Positions 45,386-53,332 of a stretch of DNA of 56,880 bases are shown piece by piece. The stretch comes from a virus (Duplodnaviria; Caudoviricetes): the IMG/VR virus record IMGVR_UViG_3300032285_002671, positions 1 to 56,880 of that record. One strand, 5' to 3'. Positions within the stretch are counted from its first letter, which is position 1; every line of letters starts with the position of its first letter. A program made the translations under genes and the position numbers. The notes beneath the pieces were generated by a model that had not been told where the DNA came from, did not search any database, and worked only from the letters and a program-made list of their open reading frames with translations.

Positions 45386-47266
45386 TTATAAAATTGTTCC
45401 GTTTAATACTTTAGTTGTACCTAATACTTTACCATCACATTCAACTACTGCTAAATATGCACTTGGAGGTAAAGAACTTAAGTTAGCTGTGTATCTGTAT
45501 TGTCCTTTAGGCATTTTACCATCATATATGCTTGATACTTTATTACCATTCATATCAACAAAATATACTGAAGCATATGCTGCTGATGGAATGTTAAATT
45601 GTACTGCTACTACACCTGAAGTTGGATTAGGATAAACCATAATGTTAATTTCACCACTCATAGTAGCTACGTTTTTAGTTTTAAATACTTCAACTCTACC
45701 ATCTGTAGGTCTGATGCTTAAGTCTTTAGCTGTTTCATTACCAACGAATTTACGAGTTACATATAATGGTGAACCATTCCAATCTGATTTAGGCTTTTTA
45801 GCATAGAACTGTAATATAACAGCTTCTTGTCCGTCTTTAATTTTATTTTCTTCACTCATATCAACTCCACCCCATTCTACAACACCGTTATTAGCGTTAG
45901 TAAATGACATCCATTTAGAAGTAGCTTCTTTTGTAGTTACTCCTTTAAATTCTAATAAATCAGTATCGTATTTCATTGCTAACTGGACAGCCCCTAGGGT
46001 CTGTCCGTTAGTCAATACTTTTACAGGAATGTTTACTAAATTACCTTCTTCAACGTTTAATGTAGGTAAATTAACTTCCATTTCGTTTAAGTTAGCATAG
46101 TAATCAGTTGTTTGGTCTATAATAAAGTTAGGAGCATTTAATGGATTAGTTATCTTAATTGGAACTAATCTAGCCATGTGATATCCAGTTTCGTTTACGT
46201 CACCTGTTGCTAACACATATACTGTAATTGAATCAGTACCGGTTCTAATTATATATGAATAATTAGCTGTTCCTGGAAGTAACGTGCTATAGTTAATCAT
46301 ACTATCTTGAGTGATTGTGTTATAATCAGCTTGTGTAAAGAATCTTACATCAGGAACTGAGAATTTAGTAAATCTACCAGCGATTCTATTAAAGATTGTA
46401 TATACGTCTGATATTGAAATACCACCGTTATTGTTTACGTCTGATGTATGGAAATCAAATGCTTTTGGACGTTCAATACCCATTACAAATCTATTTACTT
46501 TCTGAGCATCTGCTGTAGTAACTACGTTACCTAATGTTAAAGTATCACCTTGTACTTCAATTTTACAAGTCCAATATGTAGTATCTACAATAGGGCTAAA
46601 TCCAAATTTACCACTTAAATCTGTTGTATCAACTGATATTAATGACCAGTTACCACCAGTTTTTGGTTGTTTCCATAAACCAACTAGTAGATTCTTAGTT
46701 CCAGTACCTGTTACGTTTTTAAATGAACCTGAGAAATTAATACTTGGTCTAACAAATATACCACCTGCGTTAAATTGTGTTAATGTTGTATCTTTACCAA
46801 TGTTTGTAGAAGCTATTGTTGGGTAAGTATTATCAAATGCTAACGCGTTTATTTTTGTTAAATATTGAAAGGTTGATGCAGTACTATGTTTAAAATTAAT
46901 ATTGAATAATTCACCTGATGGATATGTGTAATTTAAATCAGGTCCGTTATATACTGATGTGATTACAATTTTATCACCACTCACGTAGTATTGTAGGTAA
47001 TGAAGACTTGAATCAGCAGTTGTTAATGATACTATAGGGTTAGTAAACGCTACTGCATCATAGGTAATTTTAAATTGTAAAGCGGTAATTTTCGTTGCTG
47101 TTGTGTTATTGTAACATAATTTAACATTAGTTTCATTAGCAACAGATGAACCAACACTGTATGTTGGTTTGATAATAATTGAGTTTCCGTTAGGAGTTGG
47201 ACATGTTTGTGCTGTGACTAGCAGTGTCGTTGTAATCAACGATAGTAACAATAGTATTCTTTTCAT
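45386..47266 (-). CDS. cohesin-dockerin scaffold protein with T9SS C-terminal sorting domain
   Basis: Signal peptide VTA-Q; two cohesin-like domains (ALQFKITYD, AVQLAMKYDTDLLEF); DVNNNGGISISD dockerin loop; VYPNP..LPPSAYL..K CTD; start MKRILL. Confidence 0.8.
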   Translation of the reverse strand: MKRILLLLSLITTTLLVTAQTCPTPNGNSIIIKPTYSVGSSVANETNVKLCYNNTTATKITALQFKITYDAVAFTNPIVSLTTADSSLHYLQYYVSGDKIVITSVYNGPDLNYTYPSGELFNINFKHSTASTFQYLTKINALAFDNTYPTIASTNIGKDTTLTQFNAGGIFVRPSINFSGSFKNVTGTGTKNLLVGLWKQPKTGGNWSLISVDTTDLSGKFGFSPIVDTTYWTCKIEVQGDTLTLGNVVTTADAQKVNRFVMGIERPKAFDFHTSDVNNNGGISISDVYTIFNRIAGRFTKFSVPDVRFFTQADYNTITQDSMINYSTLLPGTANYSYIIRTGTDSITVYVLATGDVNETGYHMARLVPIKITNPLNAPNFIIDQTTDYYANLNEMEVNLPTLNVEEGNLVNIPVKVLTNGQTLGAVQLAMKYDTDLLEFKGVTTKEATSKWMSFTNANNGVVEWGGVDMSEENKIKDGQEAVILQFYAKKPKSDWNGSPLYVTRKFVGNETAKDLSIRPTDGRVEVFKTKNVATMSGEINIMVYPNPTSGVVAVQFNIPSAAYASVYFVDMNGNKVSSIYDGKMPKGQYRYTANLSSLPPSAYLAVVECDGKVLGTTKVLNGTIL

Positions 47267-47334
47267 AGTAAATAATTTTTTTATAAAGAGCAACCATATA
47301 AAAAAACCAAGATACTAGAATAGTATCGCTTGAC

Positions 47335-47342
47335 TATAAATA
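47335..47342 (-). promoter_or_regulatory. putative late promoter TATTTATA
   Basis: Same 8-mer shortly upstream of starts at 4374, 18167, 19168, 34328 and 41545; common by chance in AT-rich DNA. Confidence 0.4.
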
Positions 47343-47789
47343 TTATAATTCTTCTTTTAATCGTTCTTCTTGTGTCAGAAGACCCTTTCCAAATTTTTTA
47401 ACACGATCATAATATCTTTTCTTAACACGTTCTGATATGACTAGTGGATTACCCTCATCATCAATTCTAACAAATTTAATATGAGTATGAGTAACTACAT
47501 CCTGTTTACCTGTATATACGTTATGCTTTCGCATTTCTATATACAGAGTAACAGATGTTTTACCAAATTCTTTTACCTCACCATATACTTTAATAATATT
47601 TCCTGATTTAACAGGTTTTTCAAATATTAAACTATCTATTTTAATAGTGACAACTCGAGGTGTATCACAAATTTGAGCAGCGTACGCCGCTGATGCTTCG
47701 TCAATAAGAGCCATAATATTACCTCCAAACATATTAGAGTGTACTCCTATATCTCCTGCTTTACAAATATGTGTTGATATTAATTCCAT
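47343..47789 (-). CDS. acyl-CoA thioesterase (hotdog fold, YciA-like)
   Basis: NMFGG....IDEA, VVT..ID...FEKPV, GKTS, FVRID..G.P. Confidence 0.85.
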   Translation of the reverse strand: MELISTHICKAGDIGVHSNMFGGNIMALIDEASAAYAAQICDTPRVVTIKIDSLIFEKPVKSGNIIKVYGEVKEFGKTSVTLYIEMRKHNVYTGKQDVVTHTHIKFVRIDDEGNPLVISERVKKRYYDRVKKFGKGLLTQEERLKEEL

Positions 47790-47792
47790 AAC

Positions 47793-49031
47793 TTAATTAC
47801 TTAAAGGTGCTTTAATACTTGGGTGTGATTGATATCCTTCTAAAGTGAAATCTGTATTTACATAAGTAAAGATACCACCACCAACTCTCATTTGATTATT
47901 TTCATTAATGATTAGTTTCGGTAATGGAAATGGTTCTCTTGTACGGTTTGGAATTTTATATGCTTCATAATACTCAGACATACCTCCACCGAACGGCATT
48001 AGTTCATTAATGGCTTTGTTGTATAAACGACGACTCATTGCATCTTTTAACATTATCTCTCTTTCTTCTGGTGTATATTTTCTTCCGATTTGTTCTTTAG
48101 CTTGCTCAATATGATTTGAGTAAAGGTGTACGTCTCCTAAGTTTCCAATCAATTCATCTGGAACCATATTCACTTCTTTAGCGATAATCTCTAATAATAA
48201 TCCATAAGATGCTATATTAAAAGGAAGTCCTAAGAATGTATCTACGCTTCTTTGATTCCACATTAAAGAGATTGCTCGTGTTGGGATGTTATGGTAATCT
48301 AAAAATCCATGATGTCTGTTGTCATAATCAACAGTCCCATCTCTAGTTCTTTTTCTCATTAAATCTAATCTTTCATCTAAACTCAACTCTCTTGTATAAC
48401 ACTGGAATGAAAAATGACAAGGTGGAAGTACCATTTGGTCTAATTCACCTACATTCCAAGCATTAACCATTAATCGTCTTGAGTCTGGATTTGTTTTAAG
48501 GTCATTGATTAGGCTTGTGATTTGGTCTATTTCAATTAATTGCATATTAGATTCAAAATCATTATTCATGACACTTCCCATTTTGAACCAACTTCTCCAC
48601 TGTGCACCATAAATCGGTCCTAATTCACCCCACGTCTTAGCAAACTCATCATCTGTTTTGATTTTGTTGATGAATTCTTCTTGTGTTAATGGTTCTTCAG
48701 GGTATTTTAAATGAATAATATTACCATTTGAATCAATTTCACTAATTTTCTTTTTGTAATTAGAAAAGGAATCTCCTACCCAAATATGACAATCATTATC
48801 AACTAAATACTTAATATTAGTATCGCCACGTAAAAACCATAATAGTTCAGTTACGATACCTTTCATATACATCTTTTTGCATGTTAATAATGGAAACCCA
48901 TCTGACATTTTATGTCTTATTTGTCTTCCAAAAACAGATAATGTACTACCATTTCGAGTTTGTTTCTCTACACCATTTTCTAAAATATCCTTCAATAAGT
49001 TGTTATATTGAGGATCTATATTATTTTTCAT
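47793..49031 (-). CDS. thyA: thymidylate synthase
   Basis: ELLWFLRG, GPIYGAQWR, PDSRR, LPPCH, QRSVD.FLGLPFNIASY, GDVHLY. Confidence 0.95.
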   Translation of the reverse strand: MKNNIDPQYNNLLKDILENGVEKQTRNGSTLSVFGRQIRHKMSDGFPLLTCKKMYMKGIVTELLWFLRGDTNIKYLVDNDCHIWVGDSFSNYKKKISEIDSNGNIIHLKYPEEPLTQEEFINKIKTDDEFAKTWGELGPIYGAQWRSWFKMGSVMNNDFESNMQLIEIDQITSLINDLKTNPDSRRLMVNAWNVGELDQMVLPPCHFSFQCYTRELSLDERLDLMRKRTRDGTVDYDNRHHGFLDYHNIPTRAISLMWNQRSVDTFLGLPFNIASYGLLLEIIAKEVNMVPDELIGNLGDVHLYSNHIEQAKEQIGRKYTPEEREIMLKDAMSRRLYNKAINELMPFGGGMSEYYEAYKIPNRTREPFPLPKLIINENNQMRVGGGIFTYVNTDFTLEGYQSHPSIKAPLSN

Positions 49032-49032
49032 A

Positions 49033-49596
49033 CTATATTGATTTTAAATAAAGTTCATACAATTGTTCTTCGGTTAGATACGCATACTTAGTGTACAATT
49101 CATTTTGTTCATTTACACATTCCCACATCCATTTATCTTCAACCCAAATAGACATAAAATCTTTTGCAATCCATTTAGCAAAATTAATAGCTGCTTCTTT
49201 TTCAAAAGCATCTTCCCAAGATGGAGGTGCTGATTCTGACATAAATTCTGGTTCGCAATTGGATATACCAATATCAATACCTGCTTGAATATTACAATTT
49301 TCAGGGCTCGTACAACATTCATCATCGCAATGCTCCTTTGTAACTGGGCAAGTATAGCTACTAGATGATTCTTTATACTCCTTTGCTTCATGAAAGAAGT
49401 AGCCCGAATGAATCTTACCCCCAATTCCAAATATCATATCATCTGCTTCCCAATGATATACTTTCTTTTCTTCATTTATGGATGTGATAGTTACATACTT
49501 TAAACCAGCCTCTTCTTTATCATAATCAAGAGCTTCTAGTTTATCACCCACTTTAAATTTTATCTCGTTATTCATATGTTTCAGTTTTAGTATCAC
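49033..49596 (-). CDS. hypothetical multi-domain protein with Cys cluster
   Basis: CPVT..CDDECC...C. Confidence 0.6.
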   Translation of the reverse strand: MILKLKHMNNEIKFKVGDKLEALDYDKEEAGLKYVTITSINEEKKVYHWEADDMIFGIGGKIHSGYFFHEAKEYKESSSSYTCPVTKEHCDDECCTSPENCNIQAGIDIGISNCEPEFMSESAPPSWEDAFEKEAAINFAKWIAKDFMSIWVEDKWMWECVNEQNELYTKYAYLTEEQLYELYLKSI

Positions 49597-49987
49597 CTAT
49601 TGATGCTGTTCTAATTTTTGTTGGAACTCCCATTTTATCAAGCTCTTTAGATTTCGATGCAGGATCTAATTCATCCATAGAATCACATACGTATCTGTTT
49701 GGTTTTGAATTATCAAACCAGTAATGCATTCGTTCATCTAAAGTTAGCATTCGTTCTTCAATACTCAATTTAATCTTTTGCATCGGTTCTGGTTCTGATC
49801 TTTTAGGAACTACTCTTGTAAGAGGTTCTCTGTTAAACGTATATCCTGTAATATCTACGTATTTAAGTAATTCTTTATCACCTTCTACTGTGATGCCATA
49901 GTCTTTACCTCCAATTTTAATCATTGCAGTTTTGTATCCTAGCTTATTGGCAAGCCATTTTATAATTAGTATCGGTATTCTTTTCAT
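49568..49987 (-). CDS. hypothetical protein sharing a motif with ThyA insertions
   Basis: LTLDER...LDKMGVPTK. Confidence 0.6.
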   Translation of the reverse strand: MKRIPILIIKWLANKLGYKTAMIKIGGKDYGITVEGDKELLKYVDITGYTFNREPLTRVVPKRSEPEPMQKIKLSIEERMLTLDERMHYWFDNSKPNRYVCDSMDELDPASKSKELDKMGVPTKIRTASIGDTKTETYE

Positions 49988-49990
49988 AAC

Positions 49991-50104
49991 TTATTTTAAA
50001 TATTTAGTTTTAGTTTTTTCACAATATATACAATACATTATTTTACAATAACCGTCATAGCTAAACACTTTCCAGGTATGAATTCCTAAAGAACATTTAT
50101 TCAT
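49991..50104 (-). CDS. 37 aa Zn-ribbon peptide
   Basis: CSLGIHTW...CIYC; ATGA coupling; below track cutoff. Confidence 0.55.
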   Translation of the reverse strand: MNKCSLGIHTWKVFSYDGYCKIMYCIYCEKTKTKYLK

Positions 50105-50427
50105 ATTGTTGTTGTATCTATATTTTCAAATTCCTTTTTAAGTTCTAAGTATGTTTGATAGCGATTTTGTTTTAGTTTCTTTTTCCAATTTTCGACTTTA
50201 TCCATACGTGCTTTATATTCTTCGTCCGTCTCTTCAACGAAGCGAATGATTTCGGCTTTATGATATCCGTCCTCAAATTCATGTTCATCAACGAAATAAA
50301 AGTTTAATATATCACTATCTTCTAGATTAAGATGCTTGATATCTTTCCATGTAAAATGATAATCACTTTTCTCGTTAAAGATTTGACGTGATACTTTAAT
50401 CTTATTAGTATTGTTTATGTTGTTCAT
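50101..50427 (-). CDS. hypothetical protein
   Basis: ETDEEY..R...Y.ELKKEFE pattern. Confidence 0.65.
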   Translation of the reverse strand: MNNINNTNKIKVSRQIFNEKSDYHFTWKDIKHLNLEDSDILNFYFVDEHEFEDGYHKAEIIRFVEETDEEYKARMDKVENWKKKLKQNRYQTYLELKKEFENIDTTTI

Positions 50428-50433
50428 ATCTTT

Positions 50434-50622
50434 TTAATTTAAGACCCATTGCAGCATTTTGATTCGATCTGCAGTAGTCGTAATATCCATAAGCATATCT
50501 ATATTTTGTTCTGAGTCAATACCTCCATATCGCTCTTTCATTTGAATCCTTTCTTCATGTATTGAATCTAATTCAAGTTGTAAGGTTTCTATCTTTTTAA
50601 GTATTTGTTCTTCAGTTTTCAT
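50434..50622 (-). CDS. hypothetical protein
   Basis: 62 aa in operon. Confidence 0.6.
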   Translation of the reverse strand: MKTEEQILKKIETLQLELDSIHEERIQMKERYGGIDSEQNIDMLMDITTTADRIKMLQWVLN

Positions 50623-50626
50623 GATC

Positions 50627-50824
50627 TTATTTATTTTCTTCTTTAAAGATATTATACAAACTATCTACTTGGTCTCGACATTCTTTACAAGCTGTTTCAA
50701 TCGCTATTAATCGTTTCTCTATTTCGGGAGATATATTTTCTCTTCTAATCAATTCAACATTCCTAAAGATTCTTGATGTGGAATGTGTATTATTATGAGC
50801 AATCATTAAAACGTTTTTATTCAT
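50627..50824 (-). CDS. hypothetical protein
   Basis: 65 aa in operon. Confidence 0.6.
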   Translation of the reverse strand: MNKNVLMIAHNNTHSTSRIFRNVELIRRENISPEIEKRLIAIETACKECRDQVDSLYNIFKEENK

Positions 50825-50828
50825 ACTT

Positions 50829-51206
50829 TTATATTGTTTTAAGTAATTGAAGAATTGCTTCAGAAGAATAAGACATTTTTGCTAGTTTAATAGCCGTTAT
50901 AACTTGCTCTTCAGTATAAGTTTTTTCTTCTTTTAGCTCTGTATTAGTTTCTCCCGGTTTGATTAGTCTAGCATATTCATTATCTATTTTACTATATACG
51001 CCCTCATTATTAGTTCCATAATGAAAATTATATACTATCTCAAACTCTACATCCCTACCACTATCTTCATCATCCAAAAAATAGTACTTTAAGTATTTTG
51101 GATCGATTAAATATAAACCACCTAAACAAGGCATACCTGTAAAATCTAAACCACTTGGTTCCTCAACATACCATTTTTGATTTTCTTTTTTTAATCTTCC
51201 TTTCAT
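50829..51206 (-). CDS. hypothetical protein
   Basis: 125 aa in operon. Confidence 0.6.
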   Translation of the reverse strand: MKGRLKKENQKWYVEEPSGLDFTGMPCLGGLYLIDPKYLKYYFLDDEDSGRDVEFEIVYNFHYGTNNEGVYSKIDNEYARLIKPGETNTELKEEKTYTEEQVITAIKLAKMSYSSEAILQLLKTI

Positions 51207-51439
51207 AGTAATCTCCCTTCTCCATTTTCATACCATTTTTCAACACTACCATACTTGGCAATCATACTATTCGTTTCAGCTTCAACTTTACGATATGCAT
51301 CTCTCCACTTTTGTTTAGTTTCTTCATCAGCATCTTTACTGTATGTGCCAGATTGAATCTGTAATTCATCTATTTCATTATCTGTTAAATGAAATGGGTT
51401 TTTTGGTTTAAAGTTTGTTTTCATAATTATCACACTCAT
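51203..51439 (-). CDS. hypothetical protein
   Basis: 78 aa in operon. Confidence 0.6.
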   Translation of the reverse strand: MSVIIMKTNFKPKNPFHLTDNEIDELQIQSGTYSKDADEETKQKWRDAYRKVEAETNSMIAKYGSVEKWYENGEGRLL

Positions 51440-51629
51440 TTAAAAAATTCCTTTTGATATCATACTGACCTATAAATTCGTTTACAGTATCTGTATGGAA
51501 TCCAACACCCACTAATAATCCTTTTATGGCATCAGATATCTCTTCCATATTCGCATCCCATGGAAGTTCTGCTGTTAGCTTTCTTCCGTGAAGTTCAATT
51601 GATATGATTGTTGGTTTTTCTTTTTTCAT
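51408..51629 (-). CDS. hypothetical protein
   Basis: 73 aa in operon. Confidence 0.6.
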   Translation of the reverse strand: MKKEKPTIISIELHGRKLTAELPWDANMEEISDAIKGLLVGVGFHTDTVNEFIGQYDIKRNFLNECDNYENKL

Positions 51630-51856
51630 TTTTCACCTCCGTGTGTTTCGTTTTGAAATTTTGTATATAATTGTTGAATCATATTTACCTCATTTGGATG
51701 AGATTTATCATAAATTCTACACCAATTTGCAAATTCTAACATTCTTTCATATTCCATTTCTTTGGCTTCTTTTAACAATTCATCAATATACTTTTGTTGT
51801 ACTGATACAAATGGGGTAAGCCAATTTACTGCGTATTCTACTGCTGTTTGTTTCAT
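51626..51856 (-). CDS. hypothetical phage protein
   Basis: MKQTAVE...AKEME pattern. Confidence 0.65.
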   Translation of the reverse strand: MKQTAVEYAVNWLTPFVSVQQKYIDELLKEAKEMEYERMLEFANWCRIYDKSHPNEVNMIQQLYTKFQNETHGGEK

Positions 51857-52416
51857 ATCAAATATTTTAATATTTTTTTCTTAATACCACTTTGTTTTAT
51901 TCCTTCATTAGAACGAGGAGTTAATACGAAATTACTTAATCCATGTCCATCATTAAACTTAGGAGACATATTCAAATCATCTACGGCTACCCAATGTGTT
52001 ATTTCTGGATTGAGCTCTAAATACTTTTCAATTTCTAAGATTCTTGCTTTACGAGACCATCCTTTATAATTAAACAATGATGCTGTTAATGAATCAAACT
52101 CTATAAGATTAGGAGTTTTAGCAATAGGTCTTTTAATAATACCTTGCAATGTATAGTAATCTCCTAGCTCTTCTACAGTCGCATGAAGCTTCCAATCAGA
52201 ACTAACTACAATCTCTGCTCCCGTTTCTGTTAAGATATCATTTAATACTTTAATTGCTTTAGTATCAAAGTCATCAAATCTATACTCAACCGGAGGTTCT
52301 ATATCCATTGATATGGGATTGTCTTTGGTATAAGTTTGTTTTCTTTTCTTATACCTACTACCCCAGTTGCCCCATAAGCATATTACTCCATCGTTGTCTA
52401 AGAATATAACTTTCAT
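51853..52416 (-). CDS. HAD-family phosphatase (Swiss-army-knife RNA-repair type)
   Basis: IFLDNDGVI, VVSSDWK, R..EI..YL, WVAVDD. Confidence 0.8.
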   Translation of the reverse strand: MKVIFLDNDGVICLWGNWGSRYKKRKQTYTKDNPISMDIEPPVEYRFDDFDTKAIKVLNDILTETGAEIVVSSDWKLHATVEELGDYYTLQGIIKRPIAKTPNLIEFDSLTASLFNYKGWSRKARILEIEKYLELNPEITHWVAVDDLNMSPKFNDGHGLSNFVLTPRSNEGIKQSGIKKKILKYLI

Positions 52417-52417
52417 T

Positions 52418-52615
52418 TTATTTTTGTTTATCTAATTCTTTTAATAAAGAATCTGCATACTTAACAGCTATTTCATCAAGTGCTGGCTGAGTAGCTCTTA
52501 CACCTGCAAGTAGCCCTTGTAAAGCTAAACCAGCAAAGTATTCTCTTTTGGTTAATCCTTTTTGAATAGCCCTTTCACCTTCATAAGCAAATGCTCCTTT
52601 TTCTCCGTTTTCCAT
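52418..52615 (-). CDS. hypothetical phage protein
   Basis: GLTKREYFAGLALQGLLA..AV.YAD.LL; promoter 52634-52665. Confidence 0.7.
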   Translation of the reverse strand: MENGEKGAFAYEGERAIQKGLTKREYFAGLALQGLLAGVRATQPALDEIAVKYADSLLKELDKQK

Positions 52616-52669
52616 ATTATTTATTATTATATTTAAAGATAAGATAATTTTTTAAAATAGCCAAATCTT

Positions 52670-53233
52670 TTATAATACTTCATCAATAACACCTAATTTT
52701 AAGGCTTGTTTAGAATCAATATACCAATCGTGTTTCATATCATATATAGATTGTAACTTATCCTTTGATATCTTTGTATTTTCTAAAGTATGTTCTTCAA
52801 TCATCTTTTGTAAACGTTTTGCTTCGATTACTTCATCCTCCATATCTTTAACAGTACCTCTTACACCACCACTTACTTGATGATAAAGATAAGTTGATTT
52901 TTCATATCCAATTCTTCTATGCCCAGCAATCGCAATTAAGAATCCGCAACTCATTGCACAACCTGTTACGATTGTATAAATGGGTGTATTTGATTTTTCC
53001 ATAATTGAAAGAAGTCCAAAACATTGATATACTTGCCCACCATACGAATCGATATATATTTTAATTGGTTTAGGTTGGTATATAAAATCATACAATGCAG
53101 ATATCTTTTTAATTTCAAAATCCGATTCATTAATTTGAATGATTGCTTTTGTTAGTTTATTAATCGAATCTTGATCAACTTGACTGGCTAAATATAAATT
53201 TCTATCTAGCGGCTTTGGTATTTGTACTTCCAT
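52670..53233 (-). CDS. ClpP-like protease subunit
   Basis: IYIDSYGG, G.AMSCG, HQ catalytic His, DWY...AL.LG.ID. Confidence 0.85.
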   Translation of the reverse strand: MEVQIPKPLDRNLYLASQVDQDSINKLTKAIIQINESDFEIKKISALYDFIYQPKPIKIYIDSYGGQVYQCFGLLSIMEKSNTPIYTIVTGCAMSCGFLIAIAGHRRIGYEKSTYLYHQVSGGVRGTVKDMEDEVIEAKRLQKMIEEHTLENTKISKDKLQSIYDMKHDWYIDSKQALKLGVIDEVL

Positions 53234-53251
53234 AATTATTTTTAATTTTTG

Positions 53252-53324
53252 AACTCAGGACAGGATTCGAACCTGCATCTACCTAGCTACAATGCTAGGG
53301 CGTTACCAATTACGCTACCTGAGT
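53252..53324 (-). ncRNA. tRNA-like element F (73 nt)
   Basis: ACTCAGG/CCTGAGT acceptor (compensatory change relative to A-D), same T-arm, CCTAGC/GCTAGG stem with 6-nt loop ATTGTA; no CCA. Confidence 0.75.
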
Positions 53325-53332
53325 TAATATTA

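Noticed and set aside
47793-49031. Intron or intein in thyA, or dCMP hydroxymethylase identity
   Set aside because: ORF is continuous, inserts lack intein C/S...HN ends, and the specificity residue is Asn (PFN), indicating a dUMP substrate
14454-49430. Alternative-frame minus-strand ORFs 14454-14642, 18570-18779, 43267-43491 and 49113-49430
   Set aside because: Nested in better-supported genes or overlapping promoters
8873-52069. Plus-strand ORFs in the track (e.g. 43005-43640, 45041-45391, 32239-32592)
   Set aside because: Antisense shadows of well-supported minus-strand genes, with no recognisable motifs
53252-53324. tRNA-Gln(TTG) or tRNA-Tyr(GTA)
   Set aside because: Loop is 6 nt (ATTGTA), so no anticodon can be assigned confidently
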